Shown in pieces: positions 26,549-46,944 of a stretch of DNA of 64,000 bases. The DNA comes from the human T2T-CHM13v2.0 reference genome, Homo sapiens, in NCBI RefSeq assembly GCF_009914755.1, contig NC_060935.1, one strand, 5' to 3'. The position numbers and the translations under genes are program-made. Positions within the stretch are counted from its first letter, which is position 1. Each line of letters opens with the position of its first letter. The notes beneath the pieces were generated by a model that saw only the letters and a program-made list of their open reading frames with translations, had not been told where the DNA came from and searched no databases.

Positions 26549-29387
26549 CATTTTTTTAACACTGGGGATAGGAAAACAGAACCTGACAGACTGAGAGGCA
26601 GGGTCTATGAGAACTCAACCTCACTGCCTCCCTGGGCTGCTCCACAGCAGCCCTGGGCTCAGCGGCAGGGGTTACTGCACTGAATGAGTTCCCGCCTGAG
26701 CCCCCAAATCTTCAAAGGTAGTATAATTCCAGGGAGTTTTATGCTTAGAGTTGCCTGGAAAAGGATTGCACCACCCCAGAAGGAAGTGGGGATGAGGCTG
26801 GTGGCGCTGGAGGGGACTGGAGCGGATCCGCACTGAGAAATCGGCATTGCCTCCAGTCCTCTGCCCGTTCAGGGCTATGACTTTATCCCTGCTGCCATGG
26901 CCAGTGCCCAGCTCTGCCTGCGGGGTGAGGGTTGGGGCTCAGGTTTTCTCCGAGCCGTCTCGGGAGGGGCGGATCATGAAGGAGGTGGGGCTGTGTGGTG
27001 GGCGGGGCCTGCTTTCCATTCACCTGTCCCAGAGGTGGAGAGAAAGCCGCGCTCCCCAGGGCAACCGTCACAGGATGTGGTTGGCAGTGTTGGGCCCCCT
27101 CCTCGGGCCCTCTGAACCCTCCCCAGGGTGGCGGGGGATTCCTAGGGGAGGAGCCACTTCTGGGGTAGGTGGGGCAGACTCAGCGGCAGGGGGCTTGTGA
27201 AAGCCTGTGTTCAACTCCCCACTCCACCCCTCCTGGCAGTGTGGCCTCAGGCAAATCACTCAACATCTCTGAGACTTTGTTTGCTGTAAGTTGGTCTGTA
27301 GAATGTGTGGGCAGTAGTGGGTAACTCACAGGTGGTGGTGAGGGTTAGAGGGTTGGTAGTAAATGCCCCCGTCATTGGTAGATTAATCACTGCAGGTGAG
27401 AGCACTCCTTAAAAGGAGAAAGGGGAAGCCAGGAGGCACTCAGCAGTGCCTGGGGTCTTCAGTGCGTTAGTGCTGGGGGCAGGGCGGGGCAAGGGTTGGG
27501 GGAACATGGAGAATGTCTTGTCCCACTCTCATTTTACAGGTGAGGACACTGAGACCTAGGGTGGGAAAGGACCTGTCCAAGGTCACTGAGAGTTAGTAAC
27601 AGAGTCACAATTCAATCCTTCCCCACCTCGTGCCCGCCCCAGCTCACACAGGGAGATGGCAATGCCTTCTGAGTCACCCCCATTTCCCCAACCTCCCCGG
27701 AGCTGCCTCTCTCACCCCAGCTCTCCCACCCAGGGCCCCCCACAGTCTCTGAGAAATTGGGAAGCTCTGCCCTAGCCCTGGGCAGTCTGAAGAAACAGCA
27801 CCACACACAGTAGGAGGGCTGATCCCAGCTGGCCCCTGTCTCTATGTCTCCCAGGGACTCAGACCTGGGACCTGCACCTTATTGAGCCGACATGGGCCAG
27901 GCCTGTGCTGAGACTGGGAAAGCTGAGATGAATGACAGCCAGGCTCTGACCTGAAGGAGCACCAGCCTGGCAGGGAAGTCACAAACATAAGCAGGTGGCT
28001 TCCCCTCCACTCCTGGGAGACCTCATTATAATACGCCTCAAGGATCTGGGACAGGAAACACAAAGAGGCTCAATGGACTTGGCAGCGGAACCCAGTGGTT
28101 CCAGAAACATTGGCGTGGGGGGAAAGGCTGTGTCCCAGAACGGAAGCACCCAGCAATTTGACTGACAGCTCTGCAAGCTCAGGCAGAGAGTGATGCACAG
28201 GGAATTCCTGGGAAGCTGATGCCTGATCTGGGTTGTAGAGGATGAATAGGAGTGAACCACCGACGTGGAGAGGGAAAAGCATTCCAGGCCAAGGGAATGA
28301 CACGAGCGAAGACACAGCAAGAAACTGCACGGCTCGCGAGGTCAAGGGAGGTCCAGTTTGAGAGGAGATGAGGCTGGGGATGGTCAAGTCTCACACCAAC
28401 CCCATTTCATGGGTGAGAAAATTGAGGCCCAGAGAGGTTAAGTAAAAAGCCAAGGTCACACAGCTAAATAATGACAGTGCTGGGACTTAAATACAGCCTA
28501 GCTTCAGAGTCTGAGTGTTAATCATGGCTCTTCCAGTGTCCCTGTGCCACCACAGCCACACGGCTGGGCATTATTACCAGAGCCCCAGCCTAGAATCTGG
28601 AGACACCGGCCTATCTGCCCACCAACAGCACAGGCACCGGCTGCATTCTGGGATACGGGGTTCGGGAATGTAGAATCATCACTACCAGGCACCCTTATAG
28701 AGCCAGCTCTGTGCTGAGCTCTGGGAGGCACAGAAAGGAATGGAGCCTGGCCCTTGCCGCTGGGGAGTTTACAGGACCTGGGGCAGAGAGAGACCAGTAA
28801 CTGCCGTTCATCAACATGGTGATGATGACGGTGGGTAGCATTTACTATGTGCCAGGTATGTGTTGTTTCATACAATCCTCATAAGGGCACTCTGAGAAGG
28901 TATTATTCTCCCTAATTCGTAAATAGGGCAACTGAAACCCCGAGAGATTAGATGACTAGCCAGAAGCCACACAGCTTGGCAGGTAGCACAACTTTTCCAC
29001 CTCACTGCAAAGCCCCAGTGTGAAAACACCACGCCGCACAGCGAGGGCTCATGATAAGCATGTTTAACCCACATGAACTTAAGTGTGTGCTCAGCAGCAA
29101 ACAGAAAGACAAGGGGCAACCCAGCCCAATATTTCCCTTGGTTGAACAAACACCCAGGAGGAGACAGACAGGAGCTGTGGAGCCTCCGTTCCCTCAGATC
29201 CTGGAAGCCGTTCATCCTGTGGGTACCTTGCCATGCTGGGTGAGATTTTAGCTGTTGGGGATTCATTTTTCATACACGGTGGGCCTGAAACAAAGCCCAC
29301 CATTTCAACGAGCTGCTCTAATGCTGCAGGGAAAACACCTGGTTTGGAGCCAGAGCAGGGCAGACTCACATGCAGGCGTCTTCCTAA

Positions 29388-29897
<510 letters not shown>

Positions 29898-32800
29898 TAA
29901 CATTATTAAAACTCCAACAACATGAATTCATACCATTAAAATCTTGCCCCCTCCACCCTGCCCCTTCCTCCCCACCCGGCCCACCCAAGGTAAACACAAT
30001 TGTGTCTCTGATGTAGAAAGAAGCAGATGTGAACCCCTCTTGCTGCCTACCCCTTCTTATACAGAAATGACGTCCGGGCACCCTCTTGGGCTCCTTGCTT
30101 CTTTTTACTTCTCTGGTATCCCAGATAACGTTCCTAAGGGAAGAGTGATGCTACCCATATTTGAGTTTCTCCCACATGCTGTCCAAGCAGATAACTTTTG
30201 CCTCATGTAGGGCTCCACCACACCACTACAGAGGCTGTGTGGACAGAGAGGAAGAAGCCACTAACTGCCAGGGTTTAGTGGGAAAAGCATGACAAAAGAG
30301 GGAACAATCAAGTCGGCCATTGAAGGTTGTGTAGGAGTTTGCTGGATGGATGAGTGAAGGATGTTCTCAGTAGCAACACGTGCAAGTATGGTGCATGCCG
30401 CCTGAAGGCCAGGGGAAAAGGGGGTGCGCAGGTGGGAAAGACCATGGGGAGCATCTCCAAGGGTCTTGTGTAACTTGACCCTTGTCATTGTCTTAGACCT
30501 GCTGGGAGTTGCGAGCAGTTTCTAAGGCAGGGAAGTGATCCGATGAGACGGATGCTCTAGAAAGGTTGCCGCTATGAAGCGGAGGGAGGTTTGATGGGGC
30601 TGGGGCCTGGAGGAAGGGAGGCCAGCTGGGGGGTGGTCAGCACTGGGAGATGGAGAAGAGGGAACGAGTTGGAGACGGATTCAGGACTTGGAGAGTGATC
30701 ACAGACATGGGAGATGATTTTCCAACACAGCAGCCTCCAGCCATGATGACAATATGACGGTGACATTAATGATAGCTTCGATTCCTGAGGGCACACTCAG
30801 AACCTGTGTGTCGGGCACTGTTCTGAGCACACTGCAGGTACTGACTCATGTATGCTCTCAACAGCCCCATGAAGAACCAGCATCATCCCCATCTTATGAC
30901 TGAGGAAACAGGCTCAAGAATGTTCAGTTTTTCCCAGGGCTATCAGCTGAACATGGTGTGGCTGGGCCCTGGCTGCCACTGCCCCTGCCCTCCTCCTTTC
31001 CATGTGAAGGTACAATCCACACCAAAGGCTCACTTCTGTGCCTCCCAATGCCCAGCTGGAGCCACACACAGCTCTTCAGGCCCCACAATTAATTGGCATC
31101 CTCCAGACATCTGAGAGAGCCCAAGGGGACCAGGTCAGGAGCACGCTCTGGCAGGATTATCCCACCAGGGCCCACATGGATGTGGCTCTCAGGCTCCGAG
31201 GCTGCTCCCAGGGAGCACAGGTACTGGCTTTCCTTCCTTGGCAGGGCATCACCTGCGGGTCCCTAACCTTGTCCCCTGGAAACCTCACCTCCGACGTACA
31301 CCTGTCCATCCCCCACCCCTCCCTATCGCCCCATCTGCGGTTTCCACTTCCGCCCCTCTCAAAGACCCTCTTCATGGTTCTGGTGAACGGACAGAGCGGC
31401 TGGAGCCCGTGTGGCCACCTGGCGTGGACCTCTCTTGGCCGCCGTCCCCGGCCCCCCGTCCTCGCTTCGTGAGGATGGGATGGAGTCTCCAGAGTGGGGA
31501 GGTGCAGGGGAGCCCCAGGGAAGGGATGGGTTGAAAGAAGCTTCAGTGGAAAGTTCATCTCCCGCCACATCCTTCAGCTGTTTACCAGTTTGACGGAGTT
31601 CTGGCATCCTGACATGAAAAGAGGCTCACCTCTCACCAACATCATTGAGGAAGGACCGAAATAGCAACAAAGGGAGACAAAGGAGGGGGGCGGGGGGTGG
31701 GGAGAGAGAGTCATGAGACAGAGAGGAAAAGAGGAAGACAGAGGGAGGGAGCGGTGTGTCTGAGCAGACAGTGGAAGGCAGGAGCAGCCAGACAAAGCCT
31801 TTGTCTTCCCTGGCCCCGAACCCCGCACTTGCTGGACCCCTTACATTGTGGCCTCACTTAATTCTCAAAACCTCCCAGAGCCTTAAGGTCTCCTAACGTC
31901 TGTTACCTTCCCTGTGGGAAAAGTGAAGCCCAGAGAAGTCATGGGACTAGTTCAAGGTCACCCAGCTAGGACCAGGGGAGCCAGGTTCACAGCCAGTCAG
32001 TGCAGCTACCACGGGGCAAGCAGGAGGGCGGGGAGGAGAGAAGATGGAAAGGTGATAGGCTGGAGGGGGAGAGGGTGGGTGGGAGGCCGGGAGACCATGA
32101 CACGTTCTGTCCTGGGGAAGGATCGCCCACCCCCTCCGCAGAGGACCCGGGCCCTATCCTGGCTGAGGGCAGGTGCCCCCTCCCTGGCTCCCTTCCCCCA
32201 GCTCGTCCCACTTGCCCAGCCACCCACCAAGTGCAGAAGGAGGGGGAGGGGAGGGAGTGGTCCCCAGGGCCATGGGCTCTGGCTGAGATTCATTTTCCTT
32301 CAAGCCCCCTGCTCACAAAGAGTCCCTCTACCTGCGAGGTCTCCTGCCTCCCCTCCCTACGCTTAGCCCGACCAGGCCCACAATCACTGCCTCCTCTTCA
32401 TTCTTCCACACAGTGGGGAGATAAAATGATCCTCGTCCAGACACTCACAGACACATTCCCCTCCATGGCCTCCAGGTCACACACACGGCTCTCCCTAGAA
32501 ACAACAGCACTGGGTCCATGGGGCTCCGCTTCCTTCCCATGGCCTCCCCTCTGGGGTGACCATCCCTCCCTCCAGGCCTCACTCTCTGCCCTGGTTTCAA
32601 GGCAGGTGAAGGCTGTTTCTTATCTGAGGATGAGATACTAAAATAACTGGGGTCAGTAGCCCCCCTCAACTTTTCTGCATAGCCAAGACACAGCAATACC
32701 CTTCATCGCATCACTCCGATAGTCACCCTCTTTTCCCCCTTCTGTGGCCGGTGCCGTGACTTCCTGCAGTCTGCTCTGCGTTTGCTGCCCTTGCCTGCAG

Positions 32801-33287
32801 TCCTCCCACCTTCTTGGCAACCTGAAGACTAGGTGGGTGCATCCTGCGTGCAGCAGGAGAGACTCGGTACATGCTAGAGATGTACAGCCCCAGACGCATG
32901 TCTGTCCCTGCAGGACCCTCTCAGCTCATGCCCACGCTCACCCTCTAGCAAGAACAACCCATCCTGTAAGAGAGCCCTTCTGTGGTCCAGGGCCAGGCAA
33001 GGCCACCCACCGCAGCCTTTCGTCCCCAGGCCACCTACCCTGGGGATAGCTAGTGTAGGGCTGGAAGCAGCCAAGTCCTCCTGCTAACATCAAAGCCCCT
33101 CTGGCTGTGGGGACCCCTCTGAAGTACATGGGTGATGGCAGTAGCATTAACCCTGGAGCTCTGCCCAGTAAAAACCCCAAGATCCCCTCCCTCCCTTCCT
33201 GTTCCAGGAAACTCACCTCTTCTGCCCATACTCAAGTCTTCCTACTGCTTTGTCAAGCTCTCTTCTCCTTTCCTGATTTTATGGCTT

Positions 33288-33691
33288 GTTCTTTCTTTCT
33301 TTTTCTTTTTTTTTTTCTGAGCCAGGGTCTTGCCCTGTTGCCCAGACTGGAGTGCAGTGATATGATCATAGCTCACTGCAGCCTTGACCTCCCAAGCTCA
33401 ATCAATCCTCCTACCCCAGCCTCCCAAGTACCTGGGACTACAGGCACACGCCACCACTCCTAGCTAATTCTTTCTTTCCATTCTTTCTTTTCTTCCTTTA
33501 TCTCGCTCTCTTTCTCTCTCTCTTTCTTTTTCTCTTTCTCCTTCCTTCCTTCCCTCCTCTCCTCTCTCTCTCTTTCTTTCTTTTGACACGAGGTCTCACC
33601 ATGTTACTCTCAAATGCCTAGGCACAAGCGATCCTCCCACCTCAGCCTCCCATAGTGCTGGGATTACAGGCATGAGTCACTGTGCCCGGCC
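33288..33691 (-). mobile_element. Alu (AluJ-like) with the central linker expanded into a CT-rich repeat
   Basis: Right arm to ~33468, CT-rich tract ~33468-33584, left arm ~33585-33691. Confidence 0.88.
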
Positions 33692-33949
33692 TGCCTGTTC
33701 TTTCACTGAGACATGTTTGAGATTTGCATGCACCTTGCACGCACCCAAAAGCACACTTTCCTCCCAGCCCCTCACTAGTATCTGGCAGAGAGCCCAGAAC
33801 CCTGACTCTGCCCCCGAGAGTGAGCTCCCTGCACACAGGCTGGCACAGCCTTGTGTCACCACTTTATTGACTGTTCTTAACTCACTGACCCAAGGCCTGA
33901 CCATCCCAGTGGGATGAAGCCCCAGGGGCAGAAGGAAGTTGATTTAAGG

Positions 33950-35330
<1,381 letters not shown>

Positions 35331-35789
35331 TCAAGTTCAGGAACATTTGTTTCGTGAAAGTTTAACTGACACTGTCAGGGCCAGTTCCAACATGCAGCCC
35401 TGGCTCTGAGAGAGAAAACACGGTCCCTGCCCTCAGGAAGCTCAACAGCGTGGGCAGTCATGGGTCCTGGGATGGAAGAGCTCGCTTCTCTGGATCCCAA
35501 AGTTCCTGGAGTCCCAGGAATCCAGAGGGGTGATTCAGGGCCAGCAGGTACCCCAGGAGCAGACACCCAGCAGTAGTGGCTCAGAACTGGCGAAGACAAA
35601 AGAACATCATCAGTGTGCGAGAAGTAAGGTGGCAGGAACCGGGCCCACAGTCTTTCACGGGGCAGCCTGATGCCCTAATCCATTTAGTGTTTGTTCTGAT
35701 TCTTCCTGCTACCCGCTTCCCATTCTGCTTCCTTCTGACCGCCAAGGCGCCTTTCTATCCATCTTTCTTCAGGGCATATTTCATTTTCT

Positions 35790-37720
<1,931 letters not shown>

Positions 37721-37727
37721 CCAGGCT

Positions 37728-38358
<631 letters not shown>

Positions 38359-39586
38359 GGTAAACATGAGTTCATACTAATGCCACCAAATCTCAACCAT
38401 TACACATGGATTATTCTAGATTTTTCTTGTTGATCCATAACCTCCCACTCCAACAGTGAGAAACTGACTCCCATTACTTGCCAACCATTTCCTTAATTGT
38501 TTAATTCCATATGTCACTTTTCTATCTTACTTGTTTCCTGCTTTCTCCCCAAGATTATAAGCTGCTCAAAGGCAAGGCCTGGGCTTGGTTTTGTTCTTTC
38601 TGCCCCTACTCCTGCAACCTAACATCCAGCAGAATGTCTTTAAAACAATAGACTTAATATTTTATGAGTATCTACATGGGTAGACACTCTGCTCATCTCT
38701 AGGGGTGCAAAGGTGGGTAAGACGTGGCGCTAGCTGCCTGGTGGATCCCAGTGCCAACAAATATTTATTGAACACTGAATGCAATGGAATGACAAGTCAT
38801 GTACATCCCCCACAGAGAACTACAAGGAAGGAGAGGCAGACTGGAATGCCAGCGCTGTGCAAGCAGGGATGTGTGCTTGCTGTGGTCACTGATGTATCCC
38901 CAGCACGCAGAAGAGGGCCTGGCACATAATACATGCTTAATAAATGCTTGAGGAAGGCGAGTAGCAGGTCTCCACTTTTGCATCAGTGCCTTTCAGACCC
39001 CTTGCAGTTTTGTTCCTCAGACATAAACTCCCATAAATGTCCCCATCTATGTGGAATCTGAACCACCCACGTCTGCAGGTGAGTGAGCGCTGGGGCTACC
39101 ACTGCCTGCACCCATCCTCCTAGATGCCTTTGCTTGTGCAGTTATTTTGACACCTGGTAAAGTATTACTCTACAAAGATGAATGGAACATGGAGACATAA
39201 AGGGCCAATTCCAGTGAGAGGATTAGACCTCATTAATCTAATACTGTTAGGGCAAAGTAGAAACATCTGGCCCACTCGCTCTGGGAAACTCTCAGGAAAA
39301 TCCCTGAAACTGTCTGCCTTGCCACCCTGTGGCATGATTTTTCCCTGTTGCGGGGAAGGATGGCATGAAGAGGCCCTGATTGGCTTCATGTCAGGTCCAG
39401 CAGGCATAGGCACCCTTCAAGAAATTGATTCCACAGCTTTTACGCAGTATAGGAAGGTCTCCAGTTAATTGTCTCTCTTTGTTTAAGAAGTAGGCTTGCT
39501 GTTCCTTTGACGTATGTTTCTATAAATAGGTTATGCTGCAACCAGCACATCTGTGTCCCAAAAAGGTTTTTAAAAAGTTGTAAATG

Positions 39587-39890
39587 GGCTGGACAAGATG
39601 GCTCATGCTGGTAATCCCAGCACTTCGGGAGGCTAAGGCAGGAGCATCACTTGAACCCAGGAGTTTGAGACCAGCCTGGGCAACAAAGCAAGAGACTCCA
39701 TCTCTACAACAAATTTGTAAAACCTAGCCTGGCATGGTGGCACATGCCTGTAATCCCAGCTGCTTAGGGGTCTGAGCTAGGAGGATCACTTGAGCCTGGG
39801 AGGTCGAGGCTGCAGTGAGCCATGTTCATACCACTGCACTCCAGCGCGGGTGACACAGCGAGACCCTGTCTCAATAACAACAACAACAAA
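39587..39890 (+). mobile_element. Alu (AluJ-like) with (CAA)n tail
   Basis: TSD aaagttgtaa(a/g)tg. Confidence 0.93.
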
Positions 39891-41717
39891 GTTGTAAGTG
39901 AATGTCACTGTCATCCCTCATTTCTGCCCCAGTCTGAAACACTGAAAGAGCTCAGCCTTGCCCCTCTCAGGCCCCCTGCCCCCAGCATCAGCTCCCTCTA
40001 CCCCACCCCCACCCAGGCATCACGCCCTGAGTCAGACACAGGTTTTCTGAAGGTCCCAGACATGACCCTGGGTTGTCCTTCCCCAGTCAGTGAGTCCTAG
40101 GCTGTAGGAGCCCAGACCTTGCCTGTGGAGGTGGGAGACCCCACTCTCCAGTGTAAAGCCCTGCCTGAGCTGTGAGTGACAGCTCTGAACCCCAAACTCC
40201 CTCGGTACATCGCTTTTTAATTAAGTAAGATGAAAAGACAAGACATAATTAGAAAGCAAGCCTTTGGGGCACGGCAGTGGGAATCATAATATGTTATTCC
40301 AAAGGCAGAAAGAAACCATTTCTGTATGATCTGTTTAGAACGAATGTTACTCCTTCTCTCGTTTCTGTTTTCATTCAATTTGCAAACATTTATTCCATTC
40401 CTACTCCAAAGGCGCCTCTTCCTCCCCTTCCACACACTTGCACTGTGCCAGGCATTTTCCATACATCATTGCACTGAATCCTAGCAACCGTCTGTGGTCG
40501 TTACTGTTACTATCCCTGTAGCTTAGGCAACAAACGGCTAGCGGCAGAACCAGAACTCACACCCAGACCCGAGGAGTCGGAGGCCCGGGCTCTGCCACTA
40601 CACACTGTGGTCCCCGGGGCCTAGGCTGGGCTGGGCACCAGGGGCTGCAGGATTTTCTCTGGGGATGTTCTCACACTGGCCTTGGCCCCTAGAGGAGGGA
40701 GGAGAGAATGGATCCCTCTCATACATCAATTCAAGGACAACCGATTTTTCTCTAAGAGGAAGACACCCACACGAAAACCGGAAGGCAGCCTTGAGTGTCG
40801 TGTGATAAGTTTATCGGCGCCATCTCGCCAGCCACCCCCTCCCCAGGGTCTCGATCAATGGGACACAGTGCGCCTCCAGTCTGAGAGGCTTCCTTGGGTG
40901 GGTGGTGGGACTGCAAGGTGGCCCTTTGGCAGAGTCTACAAGAGCTAAATTAGGTCGCCAAGTGGCCCATTACCCACATAATCTAGCCCTACCTTCCAGA
41001 ACAACTGAGAAATGCCTCAGTGGGCAGAGCCTCAAGTCCACCAGATAACAGGCCCCAACTTGACCTCTTGTCATCAGAAATCACTGCCAAGTTTCCAAGC
41101 CAGGGAAAGAGCAACAGTCGTGAGGCCTGTTCCACGCACCCACCTATGATCCTCTCGCTGGAGGCAGAGGTGAGCCCCAGCATATGCCTGCGAAGTACAG
41201 GAACGTTCCCCTGCTTTGGAGAGGAGGAAACTGATGCTCACAGGGCTTCAGCCATAAGCCCACAGGTCACACGGCCAGTGCCAGAGCTGAGACACGAGTC
41301 CTGCCTCTTGAGCTCAAAGTTTAGGTCTCAGACTGGCAGCCTGGGGACCCAATTTAACCTACGGATGTGCTTTTTGAGGCCAGCTCAGTGTTTTAGAATT
41401 TCCTTTGGAATGAATTGCGAACATTTGAAACTTAGGAGATTTCATATAGAACTCCAGATTTTTTATTTCTTTTGAAAAATTGGAAATTCTGGTCACCCTG
41501 GACCTGAAATCTTAACAGTAAGCTATAATCAGCTGGACTGGAGCCAGGAGAGGCTGCCCTCCCAGATGGGTTTGGGATCCTGTTGGTACTGGGTTTGTCA
41601 CCCCTGCCCCACTGCTCATGGCCTCTCCCTCCCCAAAAGCCAGCTCAGGGATACTTAGCCCTTGAGGAGGCAGAGCCCGGCTGGTATCCTGGCCAACTAT
41701 GCTGGGGGAGACCTTGA

Positions 41718-42155
<438 letters not shown>

Positions 42156-42730
42156 TGAGCTTTTCATAGACGAGGACGGAGGGTGTGAAAGGCCAACGCG
42201 CTGGCCCGATCCTGCCCCAAGCTTGGCACCGGGTGAGCCTGGCTGAGCACAGCGCTGCTTCCAGTTCCTCTGTGCCTGGCCTTCCCTGAGGCTTCTGTGG
42301 GGTCTGGGAAGTTTGTGGGCTTGGAATGGGCCAGAATTGGCCTCTAGGGACGTTGCTGCATATCTGTAAATGGACAGATTGGTCTGTACAAACCTTTGTC
42401 TGTTCATCACAAACACTGCCATCAACCGATGCAGTGAAAAGCCCATTCGAAATCACCACTGACAACCCATGCAGGTGCACGAAATCCTGCTGTTACCACC
42501 TCACCCCTTTGCGTTAAAAGGGGTTGTCTTCTCAGGGCTCATTTTTAAAGGCAGGCACTCCTGGGAAGTATCAGCCGTTAATACCCAAGTATGAATTGCT
42601 TTCCCAGACTTAAATTTTCAGAAAACTCAGAGATCACTTAGTCCAAACAGCACATCTTTTTTTCTAATTTATCCACAGTCAGGAGCAGAGCAGGAGACAC
42701 AAGGAGCCTTTCCTGAGTCTGTGGTCTAGG

Positions 42731-43070
42731 GCAGTGGGTGGCAAACTCTTCCAGTAAATGGTCAGATAATAAATATGTCAGGATTCGCTGGCCACACAGT
42801 CTTTGTTGCAACTGCTCAATTCTGCTATTAACTCTCTTAAAAGCAGCCAGAGACAGCACAAAAAGGAATGAATGCGGCTAGGTTCCCATCAAACTACCCA
42901 TGGATGCTAAGATTTGCATTTCATATAATTTGTATGTGTCACATAATATTATTCTCTTTCCTTTTTTCCAACCATTTAAACATGTGAAAGCCACACTTGC
43001 CTCGTGGGCAGGACAAAACCAGGCATCGGGCCAGCTCTGGCTTGAGGGCCATAGTTAGCTTACCTCTGGT
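42731..43070. mobile_element. MER58B-like hAT-Charlie element
   Basis: cagtgggtggcaaact...gtaaatggtcagataataaatat...gttgcaactgctcaattctgc...ggccatagttagcttacctctg. Confidence 0.8.
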
Positions 43071-43374
43071 CTGGTGGAATGGTTTCAAGAAAGCTGCACT
43101 GCAGGCTCTCACACATTTCAAAGCTGTTTTCTAAAATGGTTTGCATTAATTTGGACGAAGCAGGATGTGATTCATATATCATATCCAGTGTCATACTTTC
43201 AAAACTGACATTTTAAAACTTATGTCATCCTTTTAAATAAACCTAGTGGAATACAATGTTGATACCCACCATCATCCATTTTAAAAATATATGAGTACAC
43301 CTTTCTTGAGCAGCTAGTGCCATTACACCATCCCTTTTTCTCTTTGGATTCTTATTCCACCCCTTCCACATAAT

Positions 43375-43716
<342 letters not shown>

Positions 43717-43763
43717 TAATATGTTTTCATGCTTTGAAGTCCTACAGTAATCATCCTTTGATT

Positions 43764-44098
<335 letters not shown>

Positions 44099-44516
44099 TA
44101 AAACGTTATCATTTCCTGTGATCATAAGGCTCTGACAACATTTTCCTCTAGATTATGTTGTCATTATGATTATTATTCACACATAAAGCAAAATAATATG
44201 GGTACTACAAATTTTGATGCTATTTATTATATCAATATAAAGGATGATTAGCCAGAGAAAACTAAATGTTATTGGAAAGGTATCTGAATGGGTGTTTAGG
44301 TTTTTCCCTCTCACTTAGTTAACATACCCAGAGATGGATATTATTTGTTTCTAGAACAAGACAGGAATTAGCATCCTGTTTTCATTTTTATAGATATGAC
44401 CACTGAGTCCATGGAGCTAGAAGGAATTTGTTAGAGTGAATTTTCCCAACTCTGTCCAAGTTGGAGGCCAAAAATGTCACAATGTAATCTAGAGTCAAAT
44501 TATTTTTTACTTTTTA

Positions 44517-44867
<351 letters not shown>

Positions 44868-45399
44868 TTAAAAGCCATCTGACCTGCAAAATGATTTATT
44901 ACCTGTCTTGGTTCCAACGCCGACACCTCAAACTGTCCCTTTATTGGTGCCCAGAAGTTTTTTTACCCACTAGGATCCAGGATGGGTTAGGTCTGCATCA
45001 TTTTAAGTCAAGCAGAACAGCAATTAAGAAAGGCAGCTGGGACAGACAAACTGATGGGACGCATTGGTGAGGAGGAAGGAAGTCCAGGAGGAAGCTGACT
45101 TGGAAATCCACTCCCCTTAAGACTACCCATACCCTTTTCTATCTGAAGATCACCAGCCTAGAACAGAGCTGAAGAAAGACAGATACTCTGTGTTGGAAAT
45201 TGCAAAAGCTCTCTGCAAGAACAACTCCATCCGAACCCTGCCCTACGACACTCAACCAAGCTCTAGCAAAGCTTCTGGCAGCCTCAGGCCACACCCCTGG
45301 GACAACCCACCGCCGCTTTGCACTCCTGTGTGGAAAAGCTCAGGGCTGCCAAAAGAATTCACCATTTGTTCCAGCCAACACGTGAGGATAGACATTTAT

Positions 45400-46152
<753 letters not shown>

Positions 46153-46498
46153 GGTAATATCCTCTCCCTGGCAGATCGATGATCAATTACAGTGGGACCT
46201 TCAATCCAGATGGGGCTGGAGGATCCTTTCTCATGGTGATTGCTACACTGATCACAGAGGCCACCAGACCAAGAGGACACAGAGCTGCCCATCCAGACAA
46301 GATAAAACAGAAGCTGCCACTGCTCCCACGAGAGCCGCCTCCCACCGGAGCCTCTCCCCTTCCTCAGTGCACTCTTCACTGAGGATTTATTTGCTGGTGC
46401 TGTGGGGAGCCCAGGTCAGATGCCCTGGCAGGACAGACTAAATTCCTTCTAAATTGAGGAAAGTGCCTCCTGTTGTGGAAGAAAAGGAATAAGACCTT

Positions 46499-46944
<446 letters not shown>

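Noticed and set aside
32000-32641. 213-aa ORF and neighbours in the GC-rich intergenic island
   Set aside because: Non-ATG start, low complexity, and no exon structure or homology that I recognise.
40812-40832. CTCF-like ggcgccatctcgcc
   Set aside because: Only the AGATGGCGC half matches. The CCAC/CCAG half is absent.
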